Shown here: positions 41,119 through 55,305 of the stretch, piece after piece
How the letters are laid out: every line of letters begins with the position of its first letter
Numbering within the stretch: the stretch's first letter is position 1
Source of the DNA: an uncultured delta proteobacterium
GTDB lineage: Bacteria; Desulfobacterota; Binatia; UBA9968
Direction of reading: 5' to 3'
NCBI GenBank assembly: GCA_963745035.1
Contig: CAVUVW010000021.1
Span: 256,001-320,000 of the forward strand
Length of the DNA: 64,000 nucleotides
Program-made: the position numbers and the translations under genes
The notes under the pieces: model-generated
Told to the model about the DNA's origin: nothing
The model's database searches: none
The model's input: only the letters and a program-made list of their open reading frames with translations

Positions 41119-42726
41119 TCATTTGACGGCTTGATCGATCACCATATCCACATTCTTTGCGCCGACCTCCACCGGATTCTTTTTGTAGTCGCCGGTCAAG
41201 TCGCCGGGACCGCGGGTGGTCGGGTTGCCGTCTTTGTCGAGACGGACGGTGAGGTCGACCTTGCCGGTGAAGGGGGTGCCTTGCATCATCACGTTTTCCT
41301 GGCTCAGGGAATAGCTGAGAGGGAAAATGGGTTTGTCGATCTTCTTGACGGCGAGCGGAGGGCCGCCGGCGGCGCCGGCGCGGCGGGCGATGATGAACAA
41401 CGCGGCGTTGGGATCGATGCTCGCTTTGAGTTTTGGGTCGACGGCGATCTTGCCGCTGATTTGGGCCGATGGCGGAGACGGGGCCGCGGCGGGCGCTCCC
41501 GGCTTAGCTGCCGGCGCGGATGGCATTTCGGCGAGCAGCTTGGCGATCTCGTTACGTTCTTCGCCGGGCGGAACCGTATTCAGCAGGCGCTCGAAGATTT
41601 CCCGCGCGCCGGCGTAATCCTTTTTGTGCTGATACAAAACCATCCCGCGGCCCCAAAGCGCCATGGGGAAGTTCGGCGCAACGGAAAGCGCTTTATCGAA
41701 AGCCATCAGCGCGCCGTCGCCGTGACCCGCCTGAATCAAGATGAATCCCATGTAAGCGTGCGCTTCGGGGTTGTTCGGGTCGGCGGCGAGAGCTTTTTTG
41801 AACGCATCGATGGCCTTGGGGAAATCCTGCTGCGCGAAGGCCTGTTTGCCTTCCGCGATCGCGGCGCGCGCTTCGCCTGATGGGGGCGTTGTGCCGGTCA
41901 TGAAATCACCGGTCATCGAATCGTTCTCGGAGGCGCGCGGGCGGATCGACTGGGTGAGCATGACGCCCAGGCCAAGGCCGAAGAGCAAAAGAAAGACGCC
42001 GCCGGCGACGAGCTGCCAGCGGCGAGAGCGACCATGACCGGGGGTGCCCTTTGACTCGACAGCGCGAGCTGGTTTTTCTTTCGACCTTTTGATGGCGGGC
42101 GCCGGAAGCGCGCTTAACTGCTGGGTGACGGCCGCGCCCTTGATTTCAATCTCTTGTTTGAGCGTCTGATAGTCGGCTTCGGAGAGTTTGCCGGATTGAA
42201 AATCGAACTCGAGCTCAGCCAGTTCGTCTTTGAGCCGGCCGCGCTCGCGCAGCAACTGCGCTCGCTGGCTCCCATCTTCAAGATTCGGTCGATCGTAGTC
42301 GTGCGTCAGAAATTCATCTTGAGCTTCCGCCGTGACAACAGGGTGCGCTCGCTCGCTTCGCATCTTCTTCGCTTTCGACCAGCGCCGGATGAACCAGAGC
42401 GCGGCAACAATTCCGATCACGAGCGCGGCGTATGGCAAGATCCACAGAAGCGCGCTGAATCCGGTGGTCTTGGGTTTCAGCAGCACCCATTCGCCGTATT
42501 TCGACACGAAGAACTCTTTGATCTGCTCGGGCGTCTTGCCGGCTTCGAGCTGTTCGCGCACGACGGCGCGCATCTGCTGGGCCATTTCCGACGGCGAGTC
42601 GGCGACGGAAAGATTCTGACAAACGACGCAGCGGAGCTCGGTGGCGATCTCGCGCGTGCGATCTTCGAGGTCGGGTGGGGCGGCGGAAAGAGCTGGCGTA
42701 ACGACTAGGAAAAGGAAAATCATCAT
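41119..42726 (-). CDS. ccmH: Cytochrome c biogenesis CcmH fused to a CcmI/CycH-like TPR region
   Basis: LRCVVCQNLSVADS, KYGEWVL, TPR repeats, C-terminal VRLDKDG domain. Confidence 0.88.
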   Translation of the reverse strand: MMIFLFLVVTPALSAAPPDLEDRTREIATELRCVVCQNLSVADSPSEMAQQMRAVVREQLEAGKTPEQIKEFFVSKYGEWVLLKPKTTGFSALLWILPYAALVIGIVAALWFIRRWSKAKKMRSERAHPVVTAEAQDEFLTHDYDRPNLEDGSQRAQLLRERGRLKDELAELEFDFQSGKLSEADYQTLKQEIEIKGAAVTQQLSALPAPAIKRSKEKPARAVESKGTPGHGRSRRWQLVAGGVFLLLFGLGLGVMLTQSIRPRASENDSMTGDFMTGTTPPSGEARAAIAEGKQAFAQQDFPKAIDAFKKALAADPNNPEAHAYMGFILIQAGHGDGALMAFDKALSVAPNFPMALWGRGMVLYQHKKDYAGAREIFERLLNTVPPGEERNEIAKLLAEMPSAPAAKPGAPAAAPSPPSAQISGKIAVDPKLKASIDPNAALFIIARRAGAAGGPPLAVKKIDKPIFPLSYSLSQENVMMQGTPFTGKVDLTVRLDKDGNPTTRGPGDLTGDYKKNPVEVGAKNVDMVIDQAVK

Positions 42727-42761
42727 CGCGCCGAGGAGTAAGAGCGTGCCGTTGGTTGACT

Positions 42762-42891
42762 CCCCCTCACCCTTCCCTCTCCCCCGAAACGGGGGCGAGG
42801 GTGTGATAAAAAGATCGCGGCGAAAGATCGAGAACGCTGCAACGTCTCGAATGATCCGAAGAGCCTGGATTCCGGCTTTCGCCGGAATGAC
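42762..42891. repeat. Two adjacent REP-like palindromic elements
   Basis: cccctcacccttccctctcccccgaaacgggggcgaggg (42762-42801) and ctggattccggctttcgccggaatgac (42865-42891). Confidence 0.7.
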
Positions 42892-42937
42892 GGATAAAAA
42901 ATGTTTGAGATGACCTGGGAAGAACATCGCGGAAATT

Positions 42938-43504
42938 TTATTTGATCGGCTGGTAGTCGCCTTTGCCTTCTTGCGCGCTGACGATGCCTTTGGCGGCTTC
43001 TTCGAGCTTGGTCAAAACCAGCGCGGCGCGGATGCCGCCGACGTGCTTGTAGGTGATGCGGCCCTGCGGGTCGATGAAAAAGCTCTCGGGGATGCCCCAC
43101 GTGCCGTAGTCGACGCCGATCTTGCCGGATTCGTCCTTGCCGTTGGGATAGGTCACATCGAATTCCTTCAAAAACTCCAAAGAGTTTTTGTCCGTGTCTT
43201 GCAGCGCGACGCCGATGAAAACCATGTTCTTATCTTTGACCTTCTGCCAGGCGACTTCCAAATCGCGCGCCTCGGCGCGGCACGGCGGGCACCACGAGGC
43301 CCAGAAATTCAAAAACACAGCCTTGCCGCGCAGCTCACCCAACGACAGCTTGCGCCCGTCGAAAAGCGTCACGGTAAACGGCGCGGCGGGCTGGGCGAGC
43401 AGCGGCGAGGTGATGTAGCGCGCGTCGCGGGTAAAGCCGAAAGCGAGCAGGCCGAGAATGGGCCCGATGATCAGCGCGATCAAGACAAGGCGGCGCCAGG
43501 GCAT
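42938..43504 (-). CDS. CcmG/TlpA-type thiol-disulfide oxidoreductase
   Basis: N-terminal TM, NFWASWCPPC, GIPESFFID. Confidence 0.9.
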   Translation of the reverse strand: MPWRRLVLIALIIGPILGLLAFGFTRDARYITSPLLAQPAAPFTVTLFDGRKLSLGELRGKAVFLNFWASWCPPCRAEARDLEVAWQKVKDKNMVFIGVALQDTDKNSLEFLKEFDVTYPNGKDESGKIGVDYGTWGIPESFFIDPQGRITYKHVGGIRAALVLTKLEEAAKGIVSAQEGKGDYQPIK

Positions 43505-43572
43505 GTGGTCCTCGCTTCGCTCGAAATGGCAAATCTTAGATTGTAGATTGCAAACTGCCAAATAGAACACAA

Positions 43573-45534
43573 TCATGTTTCCACTGGATCGGTCTTTTTC
43601 ATCGGCCAGATGCAGATCAAGGTGCCGAATGCGATGACGAAGCCGCCGATCCACATCCAGACCACCAGCGGCCGCACCAGCGCTTTGAGCGTCGCCTGAT
43701 TGCGGTCGATTTCGCTGAAGCCGGAGAGAATCAGATAGATGTCTTCGCTCAGGCTAGTCTGATGCACGGCGCGGCCGATGGGCGATTGCTGGGTGGGAAA
43801 AAACTTCAGCGCCGGGCGCAAGACGCCGTCATCGCTGCCGTTGTGAAACACGCGAAACGCGCCTTCGACTCTGAAGTGCGTCGGTTGGCGCGTGCCGTTC
43901 AGGCCTTCGAACTGGATGCGATAATTGCCGATCGGCAGCTCTTGTTTGAGCGCGAGGGTCGCTTCCTTTTCGATGCTGTACGACATCGAGCCGGCGATAC
44001 CGAGAATGATTAAAACAACGCCAAGGTGGACGATCAAGCCGCCATAGCGGCGCTGATTGCGCCGCGCAAGCGTCATGAGGCCGCGGGCGATGCCTTCGCC
44101 GGCGATGCGCTTGCGCGCGCGCAGCGCCAGCGCGGTATCGTAGAAAATCGTCAGCACCACGAAAGCGAGGAGAGTGAAGCCGAGGAGCGGCAAGAATTCT
44201 TTCACCTTCCAGAAAAACAGAACCAGACCGAACGTGAGCGAGCCGAGCGCGGGCCAGACAAAATTTCGCCTGAGATTGTCCCACGACGCGCGCCGCCAGG
44301 CGATCATCGGTCCGACGCCCATCAGAAACACAAGAAATAGAAACAGCGGAACCGTCACCGAGTTGAAATAGGGCGCGCCGACGCTTACCTGCACGCCGGC
44401 GACGGCTTCCGAGATCAGCGGAAAGATCGTGCCGAGAAAAATCGTGAACAGCGCCGAAACCAGCACGATATTGTTCAGCAGAAAGGCCGACTCGCGGCTG
44501 ACCATGGAATCGAGCTCCGGCTGCTCCTTGAGAAGATCGGCGCGGTAGGCGAGCAGGCCGAAGGAGCCGAGCAAAATGACCGCAAGAAACGCCAGAAAAA
44601 ATGCCCCCACCGGACCCGAGGAAAATGCATGGATCGAAGAAATAATGCCGGAACGCGTGAGAAACGTGCCGAAGATCGTCAGGCTGAAGGCAACGATGAT
44701 CAAAGAAAGATTCCAGACCTTGAGCATGCGGCGGCGCTCCTGGACCTGGATCGAGTGCAGAAAGGCGGTCGCCGGCAGCCAGGGCATGAACGCGGCGTTC
44801 TCCACCGGGTCCCAGGCCCAGTACCCGCCCCAGCCGAGCACGTGATAGGACCACCAGGCTCCCACCAGATTTCCCGCGGTCAAAAAGAACCAGGCGATGA
44901 TCGTCCAGCGGCGCGTGGTGACGATCCACGCTTCGTCGAGCTTGCCGGTGATCAGCGCGGCCATGGCAAACGCGTAGGGCACGGTAAGGCCGACAAAGCC
45001 GGTGTACAGCAGCGGCGGGTGGGTCATCATATTGGCGTCTTCGAGCAGCGGATTGAGACCGCGGCCGTCGGGCGGCGCCGGGGAGACGGCTTCAAAAGGA
45101 TTGGAGAGAAAGCCAAGCACTCCGAGAAAGAACGCCGACACGATGGAAAAGATCATGATCACCCACGGCATGGTGTCGCGGTGGCGATGCCGATACAGCC
45201 AGGCGGTGACGCCGGAAAAAATGATCAGGATCCATTCCCAAAGCAGGAGCGAGCCTTCGAGCGCGCCCCACAGGCCGGTCACGCGATAATAGATCGGCGT
45301 TGCCAGGGTCGTGTTCATAGCGACGTATTTGATGGAAAAGTCGGTTGCGATCAGGCCGTAAATGAGAGTCGCCGCCGCCAGGGTCACGAGCGTGAATTGG
45401 CCGAAGATCGCGTAGCGCGCAGCTTCCAGATAGCGCTCTTGGCCCGTGCGCGCCGCCAGGATCGGAGTGACGATCCCGCAAAGGGCTGCGAACAAGGCCA
45501 ATAGGATTGCGCTGTGGCCCAGGGTCGCGGTCAC
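43573..45534 (-). CDS. ccmF: Cytochrome c heme lyase subunit
   Basis: WGALEGSLL, HPPLLY, WGGYWAWDPVENA, TRSG...SIHAF. Confidence 0.95.
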   Translation of the reverse strand: MTATLGHSAILLALFAALCGIVTPILAARTGQERYLEAARYAIFGQFTLVTLAAATLIYGLIATDFSIKYVAMNTTLATPIYYRVTGLWGALEGSLLLWEWILIIFSGVTAWLYRHRHRDTMPWVIMIFSIVSAFFLGVLGFLSNPFEAVSPAPPDGRGLNPLLEDANMMTHPPLLYTGFVGLTVPYAFAMAALITGKLDEAWIVTTRRWTIIAWFFLTAGNLVGAWWSYHVLGWGGYWAWDPVENAAFMPWLPATAFLHSIQVQERRRMLKVWNLSLIIVAFSLTIFGTFLTRSGIISSIHAFSSGPVGAFFLAFLAVILLGSFGLLAYRADLLKEQPELDSMVSRESAFLLNNIVLVSALFTIFLGTIFPLISEAVAGVQVSVGAPYFNSVTVPLFLFLVFLMGVGPMIAWRRASWDNLRRNFVWPALGSLTFGLVLFFWKVKEFLPLLGFTLLAFVVLTIFYDTALALRARKRIAGEGIARGLMTLARRNQRRYGGLIVHLGVVLIILGIAGSMSYSIEKEATLALKQELPIGNYRIQFEGLNGTRQPTHFRVEGAFRVFHNGSDDGVLRPALKFFPTQQSPIGRAVHQTSLSEDIYLILSGFSEIDRNQATLKALVRPLVVWMWIGGFVIAFGTLICIWPMKKTDPVET

Positions 45535-45974
45535 TTGGCGGTGGCTTCCCGAGCCGGAATGAAACTGTTCGTCGGCGGCTTGCCGTCGGGGTGAGGACTA
45601 TAATCTTCGGCGTGCTTGGCCATGATCATGTTCGCTTGAAAAACGCCGTCGGCGCCGATCCGGCCCTCGACGACGGCGCCCTTGCCTTCGGTAAAAAGGT
45701 CCGGCGGCACGCCTTTGAAAAATACCGGAAAAGTCGCGCCGCCGTCGGTCAGCTCGAAGCGGTACGTCAGATTGCCGAGATCCTTTTGCAGCGAGCCTTT
45801 GACGACCATGCCGCCCATTTTTATGAATTTGCCGGACGAGTCTCGCTCTGCGGCCTTGAGCTCCGAAGGCGTATAGAAATAGACCATGGCGTCCTGCATG
45901 CCGCCGATGACCAGGTAGGAAAGCGCGGCGAGAATCACCACGCCGCCGATCAAAAAACGTCTATTTTTTTTCAT
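45531..45974 (-). CDS. ccmE: Heme chaperone
   Basis: PDLF.EG.G.VVEG, AKHAEDY. Confidence 0.93.
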   Translation of the reverse strand: MKKNRRFLIGGVVILAALSYLVIGGMQDAMVYFYTPSELKAAERDSSGKFIKMGGMVVKGSLQKDLGNLTYRFELTDGGATFPVFFKGVPPDLFTEGKGAVVEGRIGADGVFQANMIMAKHAEDYSPHPDGKPPTNSFIPAREATAK

Positions 45975-46116
45975 GTGCAGCCGTCGCTTCCGGCGGTCCG
46001 AGCCGATCGAGCTCCGCCGCGGCGCGTTGGTAGCGGCGCTTCAAGCAAAGCAGATACACGAGGATAGTACCGCAAACTATTCCATATGCCAGAGCGACAA
46101 AACCCCAGGGACCCAT
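45961..46116 (-). CDS. ccmD: Heme exporter protein D
   Basis: MGPWGFVALAYGIVCGTILVYLLCLKRRY..., single TM plus basic tail, between ccmC and ccmE. Confidence 0.75.
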   Translation of the reverse strand: MGPWGFVALAYGIVCGTILVYLLCLKRRYQRAAAELDRLGPPEATAAHEKK

Positions 46117-46823
46117 CAGGCGCCTCGCTCCAGCCGTCGCGCGATGATTTCCTGGCGCATCTCGCCGACCCGATAGCGCAGCGACAGCAGATAAAAATAC
46201 AGCAGCAGAAAGGCGACGAAGCTGATCGTCAGCGCGGTCAGCATGCTCGGATGGACGTTTTCCCAGGGCAGCTTGTCGGGACGCAGGATCGACGGCGGCT
46301 GGTGCAGGGTGCGCCACCAGTAAACCGACATGTGAATCAGCGGAATGTCGAGGAAACCGATGATGCCGAGCACCGCCGCCGCGGTGGCGGCGCGGTTCTG
46401 ATCCTCGATCAAGGAGCGGAGCATCAAATAGCCGGCGTAGATCAACAGCAAAATCGCCGTCAACGTCAGCCGCGCGTCCCAGGTCCACCACACGCCCCAG
46501 GTGGGCCGGCCCCAGATGGAGCCCTCGATGATCGTGAGCGCGGTGAAAAGCACGCCCAGCTCGGCGGCCGCGTGGGCCAGGATGTCGTCGCGCTTTTCGC
46601 GCTTCCACAGATACAAGCCGCTGCCGATAAAAACCAGAAAATAGGAGAGATAGGCAATCAAAATGCTCGGCAGGTGGAGATACATGATGCGCTGCGCTTC
46701 GCCCTGGTAGGCATCGGGCGGAGCGACGGCAAGGGACCAGTAAAGGCTGAACCCGGCCGCCGCCAGCGCCAGCGCGCCGAGGATGCCTTTGCGCTTCTTG
46801 ACCGATGAAGGCTGCCCGCTCAT
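46116..46823 (-). CDS. ccmC: Heme exporter protein C
   Basis: IMYLHLP, WGRPTWGVWWTWDARLT, WWRTLHQ. Confidence 0.95.
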   Translation of the reverse strand: MSGQPSSVKKRKGILGALALAAAGFSLYWSLAVAPPDAYQGEAQRIMYLHLPSILIAYLSYFLVFIGSGLYLWKREKRDDILAHAAAELGVLFTALTIIEGSIWGRPTWGVWWTWDARLTLTAILLLIYAGYLMLRSLIEDQNRAATAAAVLGIIGFLDIPLIHMSVYWWRTLHQPPSILRPDKLPWENVHPSMLTALTISFVAFLLLYFYLLSLRYRVGEMRQEIIARRLERGA

Positions 46824-46824
46824 T

Positions 46825-47498
46825 TCAATTCTCGATGACCCAATCGAAGATCAACACGCCCGCGGTTAAAAATATCACATCAAAGCCCAAAAGCAGCCGC
46901 AGCCAGCCCACTTGATTGCCGAGCTCGCCGGCGCGCAGCACTTCTTCCAGGCAGCGAATGGTGGCGAGGACGACGGGGATCATCAGCGGAAAAAGCACCA
47001 GCGGCAGCAGGAGCTCGCGCGCCCGCGCTTTCAAAGTGAGCGCCGACATGAGCGTGCCCAAAGCGCAAAAGCCGATGGTCCCCAGCAAGGTAACCAGAAA
47101 AACCTGCGGGAGTAAATTCCAGAAGCGGAGATTAAAAAGAATCCAGAAGAGCGGAATGACGACAAGCTCGACGAGCAACATCAAAATCAGATTGAACGCC
47201 GCTTTGGCGAGGAACATCGCGCCGGGATCGAGCGGCGAGAGCAGCAAGGCGTCGAGATTGTGATTTTCCCGCTCGGCTTGAAACATTTGCGCCAGCCCCA
47301 GGGTGCCGGTGAACAGGAATGCCAGCCACAACAGCCCGGGCGCCATGGCGACGATCCGGTCCGGCGCCGGGTCGAAGGAAAAATTGAACACGAACAGCAG
47401 CAGGGTGCCGAAGAAAAACATCGTGAGCAGGCTGTCGCGACGGCGCAGCTCGAGAAGCAGGTCCTTCCAGAGCAACAACGATGCCTGGCGCAAGAGCG

Positions 47499-47502
<4 letters not shown>
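46825..47502 (-). CDS. ccmB: Heme exporter protein B
   Basis: WKDLLLELR, ARELLLPLVLFPLMIP. Confidence 0.92.
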
Positions 47503-48215
<713 letters not shown>

Positions 48216-48379
48216 TCCATTCGTTTCGCAACAGCAGAGGCGGCAAAGAATTGATCGAATATAGTGGCGGCATTCCCTTGATTCAAGGCGGAAAAAAATC
48301 GCGCTGCGTCAGTCGTTGATTTGACAAGGCCAGCGCGAGTCCCCTATTTAGTTAGCGAAGGATTGTGAAGGAGGACGGG

Positions 48380-49054
48380 ATGAATCCGATCGTTACGGTC
48401 ACCGGCTTTTGGGATGCGTTTGTCACCAGGATCGCGGTGTTTCTGCCGAATCTGTTTTTTGCCGCCGCGATCATCGTGATCGGCTGGGCGATCTGCAACA
48501 TCATCAAGCGCATCGTGGTGCGCTTGCTCAAGCTCTGCCAGTTCGACCTGCTCGCCGAGCGCGCCGGCATCAGCCGGATCCTCGAGCGCGGCGGCATCCA
48601 GCAGTCTCCCTCCGACATCGTCGGCCTGCTGGCATTCTGGTTTCTCTTCTTGATCGCGATCGTCACGACGCTGGAGACCCTCAACCTGAGCGGTGCCACC
48701 GACACCTTGCACACCATCTATCTCTACATTCCGAAGATCGTCGCCGCGCTGGTGACGCTCATTCTCGGCCTCTATTTCGCGAATTTCCTGGAAACCGTCA
48801 CGCGCACTTCCTGCGCCAACGCGGGACTGGAACAGTCCGGCGCAATCGGACGCGCGGCCTACATCGGAACGACCATATTCGTCGTCGCCGCCATCTTTGA
48901 AATCCTCGATATCGCGTCGGAGATCGTGATCTGGGCGTTCATTTTAGTCTTCGGCGCGGTCTGCTTGGCGCTCGCTTTGGCGTTCGGCTTGGGCGGCCGT
49001 GACGTCGCCGGGCGCCACCTGGAAAGATGGTTGGAGCGAAAGAAAAACGAGTAG
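48380..49054 (+). CDS. CmpX-like membrane protein with conserved TM-helix repeats (MscS-associated)
   Basis: FLPNLFFA and YIPKIVAA repeats, ALAFGLGGRD. Confidence 0.75.
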   Translation: MNPIVTVTGFWDAFVTRIAVFLPNLFFAAAIIVIGWAICNIIKRIVVRLLKLCQFDLLAERAGISRILERGGIQQSPSDIVGLLAFWFLFLIAIVTTLETLNLSGATDTLHTIYLYIPKIVAALVTLILGLYFANFLETVTRTSCANAGLEQSGAIGRAAYIGTTIFVVAAIFEILDIASEIVIWAFILVFGAVCLALALAFGLGGRDVAGRHLERWLERKKNE

Positions 49055-49119
49055 TTAGCGCCTTGACTCGCTCCCGCTAATCAGATAATTTCTCTCCGTT
49101 CCAAATATTTTCTAACGCG

Positions 49120-49169
49120 AATAGCCTAAGGAGCGGTGGAAGTCGACCAGATGCCCTTAGGCTATTTTT
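49120..49169 (+). terminator. Hairpin plus T-run immediately upstream of the icd RBS (terminator or leader element)
   Basis: AATAGCCTAAGG (49120-49131) and CCTTAGGCTATT (49155-49166), perfect 12-bp stem ending in TTTTT. Confidence 0.5.
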
Positions 49170-49184
49170 GCACGTGAGGAGGCT

Positions 49185-50592
<1,408 letters not shown>

Positions 50593-50644
50593 GGAGTGTC
50601 GAGGTCGAGCTCGGAAGTTCTATTGAAATGAGTTAGAGGAAGTC

Positions 50645-51589
50645 ATGGCAAGGAAGAAGATTGCATTGATCGGCGCGGGCAACATCGGCGGTTCGATGGC
50701 CCATCTGGCGCTCTTGAAAGGGCTTGGGGACGTGGTGCTGTTCGACGTTGTCGAAGGACTGCCGCAGGGCAAAGCGCTCGATCTGTCCCACGCGGGACCG
50801 GTGGAAGGCTTCGACGGCAACGTGACCGGCACCAACAAGTACGAGGATATCGAGGGAGCCGACGTTTGTATCGTCACCGCCGGCATCGCGCGCAAGCCGG
50901 GCATGAGCCGCGATGATTTGCTCGCCACCAACGCCAAGATTTTGACTTCGGTGGCGGACGGCGTCAAAAAACATGCGCCCGACTCGTTCGTGATCGTCAT
51001 CACCAATCCGCTCGACGCGATGGTGACGTTGATGCAGCGCGCTTTGGGCTTTCCGAAGAACCGCGTCGTCGGCCAATCGGGCATCTTGGATTCTTCGCGC
51101 TATCGTTCGTTCATCGCCAAAGAGCTGAACGTTTCGGTAAAAAGCGTCCAAGCGATGGTTCTCGGCGGGCACGGCGACGACATGGTGCCGGTGCGCAGCT
51201 CCTGTATCGTCGGCGGCGTTGCGGTGGAGAAGCTGATTTCGTCCAAGCGTCTCGATGAGATCGAAGCGCGCGTGCGAAACGCGGGCGGCGAGGTTGTGGC
51301 GCTCTTGAAGACCGGCTCGGCCTACTTCTCTCCGGCCTCGGCGGCGATTCAAATGACCGAGGCGTTCCTGTTCGACAAAAAGGAAATTCTCCCCTGCGCT
51401 GCGCTGCTCGAAGGCGAGTACGGCGTCAGCGGCTACTACTTCTGCGTGCCGGTGCAGATCGGCGCCGGCGGGGTTGAAAAAATCATCGACATCCATCTCA
51501 ACGCCGCCGACAAGAAGGCCTTCGATGAGTCCCTCAGCCATGTTAAAGATATCGTGCAGGCGATGAACCGGGTCCTGGGAGTTTCCTAG
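50645..51589 (+). CDS. mdh: Malate dehydrogenase (LDH-like)
   Basis: [27 protein letters not shown]. Confidence 0.95.
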   Translation: MARKKIALIGAGNIGGSMAHLALLKGLGDVVLFDVVEGLPQGKALDLSHAGPVEGFDGNVTGTNKYEDIEGADVCIVTAGIARKPGMSRDDLLATNAKILTSVADGVKKHAPDSFVIVITNPLDAMVTLMQRALGFPKNRVVGQSGILDSSRYRSFIAKELNVSVKSVQAMVLGGHGDDMVPVRSSCIVGGVAVEKLISSKRLDEIEARVRNAGGEVVALLKTGSAYFSPASAAIQMTEAFLFDKKEILPCAALLEGEYGVSGYYFCVPVQIGAGGVEKIIDIHLNAADKKAFDESLSHVKDIVQAMNRVLGVS

Positions 51590-51658
51590 GAGTTCGCGAG
51601 TTCTTCGGGTCGTGTTTCTTTCGTTCAGTTCCGCCGGTGTTTCCGTGTTCGAGCGTCG

Positions 51659-52826
<1,168 letters not shown>

Positions 52827-52828
<2 letters not shown>

Positions 52829-52887
52829 AAGTAAAAAGGTAAAAGTCGCGCAATTCTTTTCATTTTGCCTTTTTACTTTTGCCTTTG
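52827..52887. repeat. AT-rich inverted repeat made of short AAAAG(G/T) units between sucC and sucD
   Basis: aaaagtaaaaaggtaaaa (52827-52844) pairs with ttttgcctttttactttt (52863-52880). Confidence 0.6.
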
Positions 52888-52901
52888 AGCGATAGCGATC
52901 T

Positions 52902-53778
52902 ATGTCGATTCTAGTCAACAAGAATACTCGCGTTCTTACCCAAGGCATCACCGGCGCGACCGGGCAGTTTCACACCAAAGCGTGCAAGGAGTACGGCACG
53001 CAAATGGTTGCCGGGGTGACGCCGGGCAAAGGCGGGACGGCGTACGAAGGCATTCCGATTTTCGACACCGTCGAGCGCGCGGTAAAAGAAACCGGCGCCA
53101 ACGCGACGGTGATTTACGTGCCGCCTCCCTTCGCCGCCGACGCGATCCTCGAAGCCGCCGACGCGGATATTCCGCTGATCATCTGCATCACCGAGGGCGT
53201 GCCGGTGCGTGGACATGGTCAAAGTGAAGAGATATCTCGCCGGCAGGAAATCACAGCTCCTCGGACCCAATTGTCCGGGCACGATCACGCCGGGAGAATG
53301 CAAGATCGGCATCATGCCCGGCCATATTCACAAACCGGGACCCGTCGGAGTGGTGTCGCGCAGCGGCACATTGACTTACGAAGCCGTGGATCAGCTCACC
53401 CGCTTGGGCATGGGGCAGTCGACGTGTGTGGGCATCGGCGGCGATCCGGTGCACGGCTTCGAATTCGTCGACGTGCTCAAAATGTTTCATCAAGACGCGG
53501 CAACCGAAGCGGTGGTCATGATCGGCGAGATCGGCGGCAGCGCCGAAGAAGAGGCGGCCGACTGGATCGGCGCGAACATGAAAAAGCCGGTGGTCGGATT
53601 TATCGCCGGCCAGACGGCGCCGCCGGGCAAACGCATGGGCCATGCCGGCGCGATCATCTCCGGCGGCAAGGGAACGGCTAAAGAAAAAGTGGCAGCGATG
53701 AAACGGGCCGGTATTCGCATGGCGAGCTCGCCCGCGACCATCGGTCAAACGATGCAGGAGGCGCTGGCAAGTTCATGA
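52902..53778 (+). CDS. sucD: Succinyl-CoA synthetase alpha subunit, frameshift near 53205
   Basis: [27 protein letters not shown]. Confidence 0.95.
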
Positions 53779-54194
53779 GCGTGGAAAAAACTTTGTCGAT
53801 CATCAAGCCGGACGCGGTGCGGCGAAATCTAATCGGCGAGATCTTGCGCCGCTTCGAAGCGGCGGGCTTGAGAATCGCCGCCGGAAAGCTTTTGCGGCTC
53901 ACGCCGGAAAGAGCCCAGGCCTTTTACGCCGTGCACAAAGAGCGGCCGTTCTTTTCCGGCTTGTGCGCGTATATGTCTTCGGGGCCGATCTTCGTATCCG
54001 TGCTCGAAGGGGAAAACGCGATCGCAAAAAATCGCGAAATCATGGGCGCCACGGATCCGGCCAAAGCCGCGCCGGGGACCATCCGCAAAGATTGCGGCCA
54101 GGACGTCGAGCAGAACGCGGTCCACGGTTCGGACGGACCGGAGACCGCCGCCAGTGAAATTGCTTTCTTTTTCAAACCCGACGAAGTTCTCTAA
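53775..54194 (+). CDS. ndk: Nucleoside diphosphate kinase
   Basis: IIKPDAV, NAVHGSD. Confidence 0.96.
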   Translation: MSVEKTLSIIKPDAVRRNLIGEILRRFEAAGLRIAAGKLLRLTPERAQAFYAVHKERPFFSGLCAYMSSGPIFVSVLEGENAIAKNREIMGATDPAKAAPGTIRKDCGQDVEQNAVHGSDGPETAASEIAFFFKPDEVL

Positions 54195-54219
54195 ACGGCC
54201 AACCGCCTGCAAGGCGGCG

Positions 54220-55299
54220 GTGGATTTCCGCGTGAAGCCCAATATCAAAGATTTGAGCTTCAAGGATCTGGCGGCGTTTCTCGCTGAACGCAACCATCCC
54301 GCTTACCGCGCCGGGCAGATCCGTCAGTGGTTGTTTCAAAAGCGCGCCACTGCGTTCACTGAAATGACCAACCTGTCGCGCTCATTGCGCGAGCAGCTTG
54401 AGGAAAATTTCACCATCAGCCGGCTTAAAGTCTTGCGCCGGGAAGAGGCGCGCGACGGCACGGTCAAGTTTCTTTTCGGTTTGAGCGACGGCGAGAGCAT
54501 CGAGAGCGTGCTGATTCCTGAAGCGCGGCGCCTGACTCTGTGCATCTCCACCCAGGCGGGCTGCGGCTTTGGCTGCGCGTTTTGCGCCACCGCGGTGCTC
54601 GGACTCAAGCGCAACTTGACCGCGAGCGAGATCGTCGATCAGGTCATCGAAGCAAGCCGCGATTTACTCAGCGGCTCGCGAATTACCCATGTCGTCTTGA
54701 TGGGCATGGGCGAGCCGCTGGCCAATTATGCCCAGACCACGAGCGCCATCGAGATCATCACCGCCGGTGAGTGGGGGCTCGGCATCTCGCCACGGCGTGT
54801 GACTCTCTCCACGGTCGGCCTGGTACCGCAAATCGAAAAGTTGATGGAAGAAACGCGGGTCAATTTGGCGATCTCGCTGCATGCGCCGACCAATGAGCTG
54901 CGTGCCGAATTGATGCCGGTCAATCGCAAATATTCACTCGAGCAGCTGCTCGAGTGTTGCCGCAAGCTGCCGCTGCCGCGGCGCAAGCGCATTACCTTCG
55001 AATACGTGCTGCTCGGCGGCGTCAACGATTCCGAAGCGCAGGCGCGCCAGCTCGCGCGCGTGCTGCGCGGCATTCCGAGCAAGGTCAACGTGATTCCTTT
55101 CAATCCTCATCCCGGCAGCAAGTTTTTCCGGCCGGCGCCGGAGCAGATCGAGAGTTTTCAGGAAATCCTGCGCGCCGAGGGTGTGCAGGTGAACGTGCGC
55201 CGCCCGCGCGGCGACGACATCCAGGCGGCCTGCGGGCAGCTTCAGGGTGAAGAGGCGGGGCGGATGCGGCGCGGCGGAATCGCCGCCGAAGCGCTCTGA
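54220..55299 (+). CDS. rlmN: Dual-specificity RNA methyltransferase RlmN
   Basis: CISTQAGCGFGCAFC, MGMGEP, AACGQL; start approximate. Confidence 0.95.
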   Translation: MDFRVKPNIKDLSFKDLAAFLAERNHPAYRAGQIRQWLFQKRATAFTEMTNLSRSLREQLEENFTISRLKVLRREEARDGTVKFLFGLSDGESIESVLIPEARRLTLCISTQAGCGFGCAFCATAVLGLKRNLTASEIVDQVIEASRDLLSGSRITHVVLMGMGEPLANYAQTTSAIEIITAGEWGLGISPRRVTLSTVGLVPQIEKLMEETRVNLAISLHAPTNELRAELMPVNRKYSLEQLLECCRKLPLPRRKRITFEYVLLGGVNDSEAQARQLARVLRGIPSKVNVIPFNPHPGSKFFRPAPEQIESFQEILRAEGVQVNVRRPRGDDIQAACGQLQGEEAGRMRRGGIAAEAL

Positions 55300-55305
55300 C
55301 GGCGC

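Noticed and set aside
42727-42927. Extended N-terminus of CcmH
   Set aside because: It is translated REP-like sequence; the signal-like segment starts at 42726.
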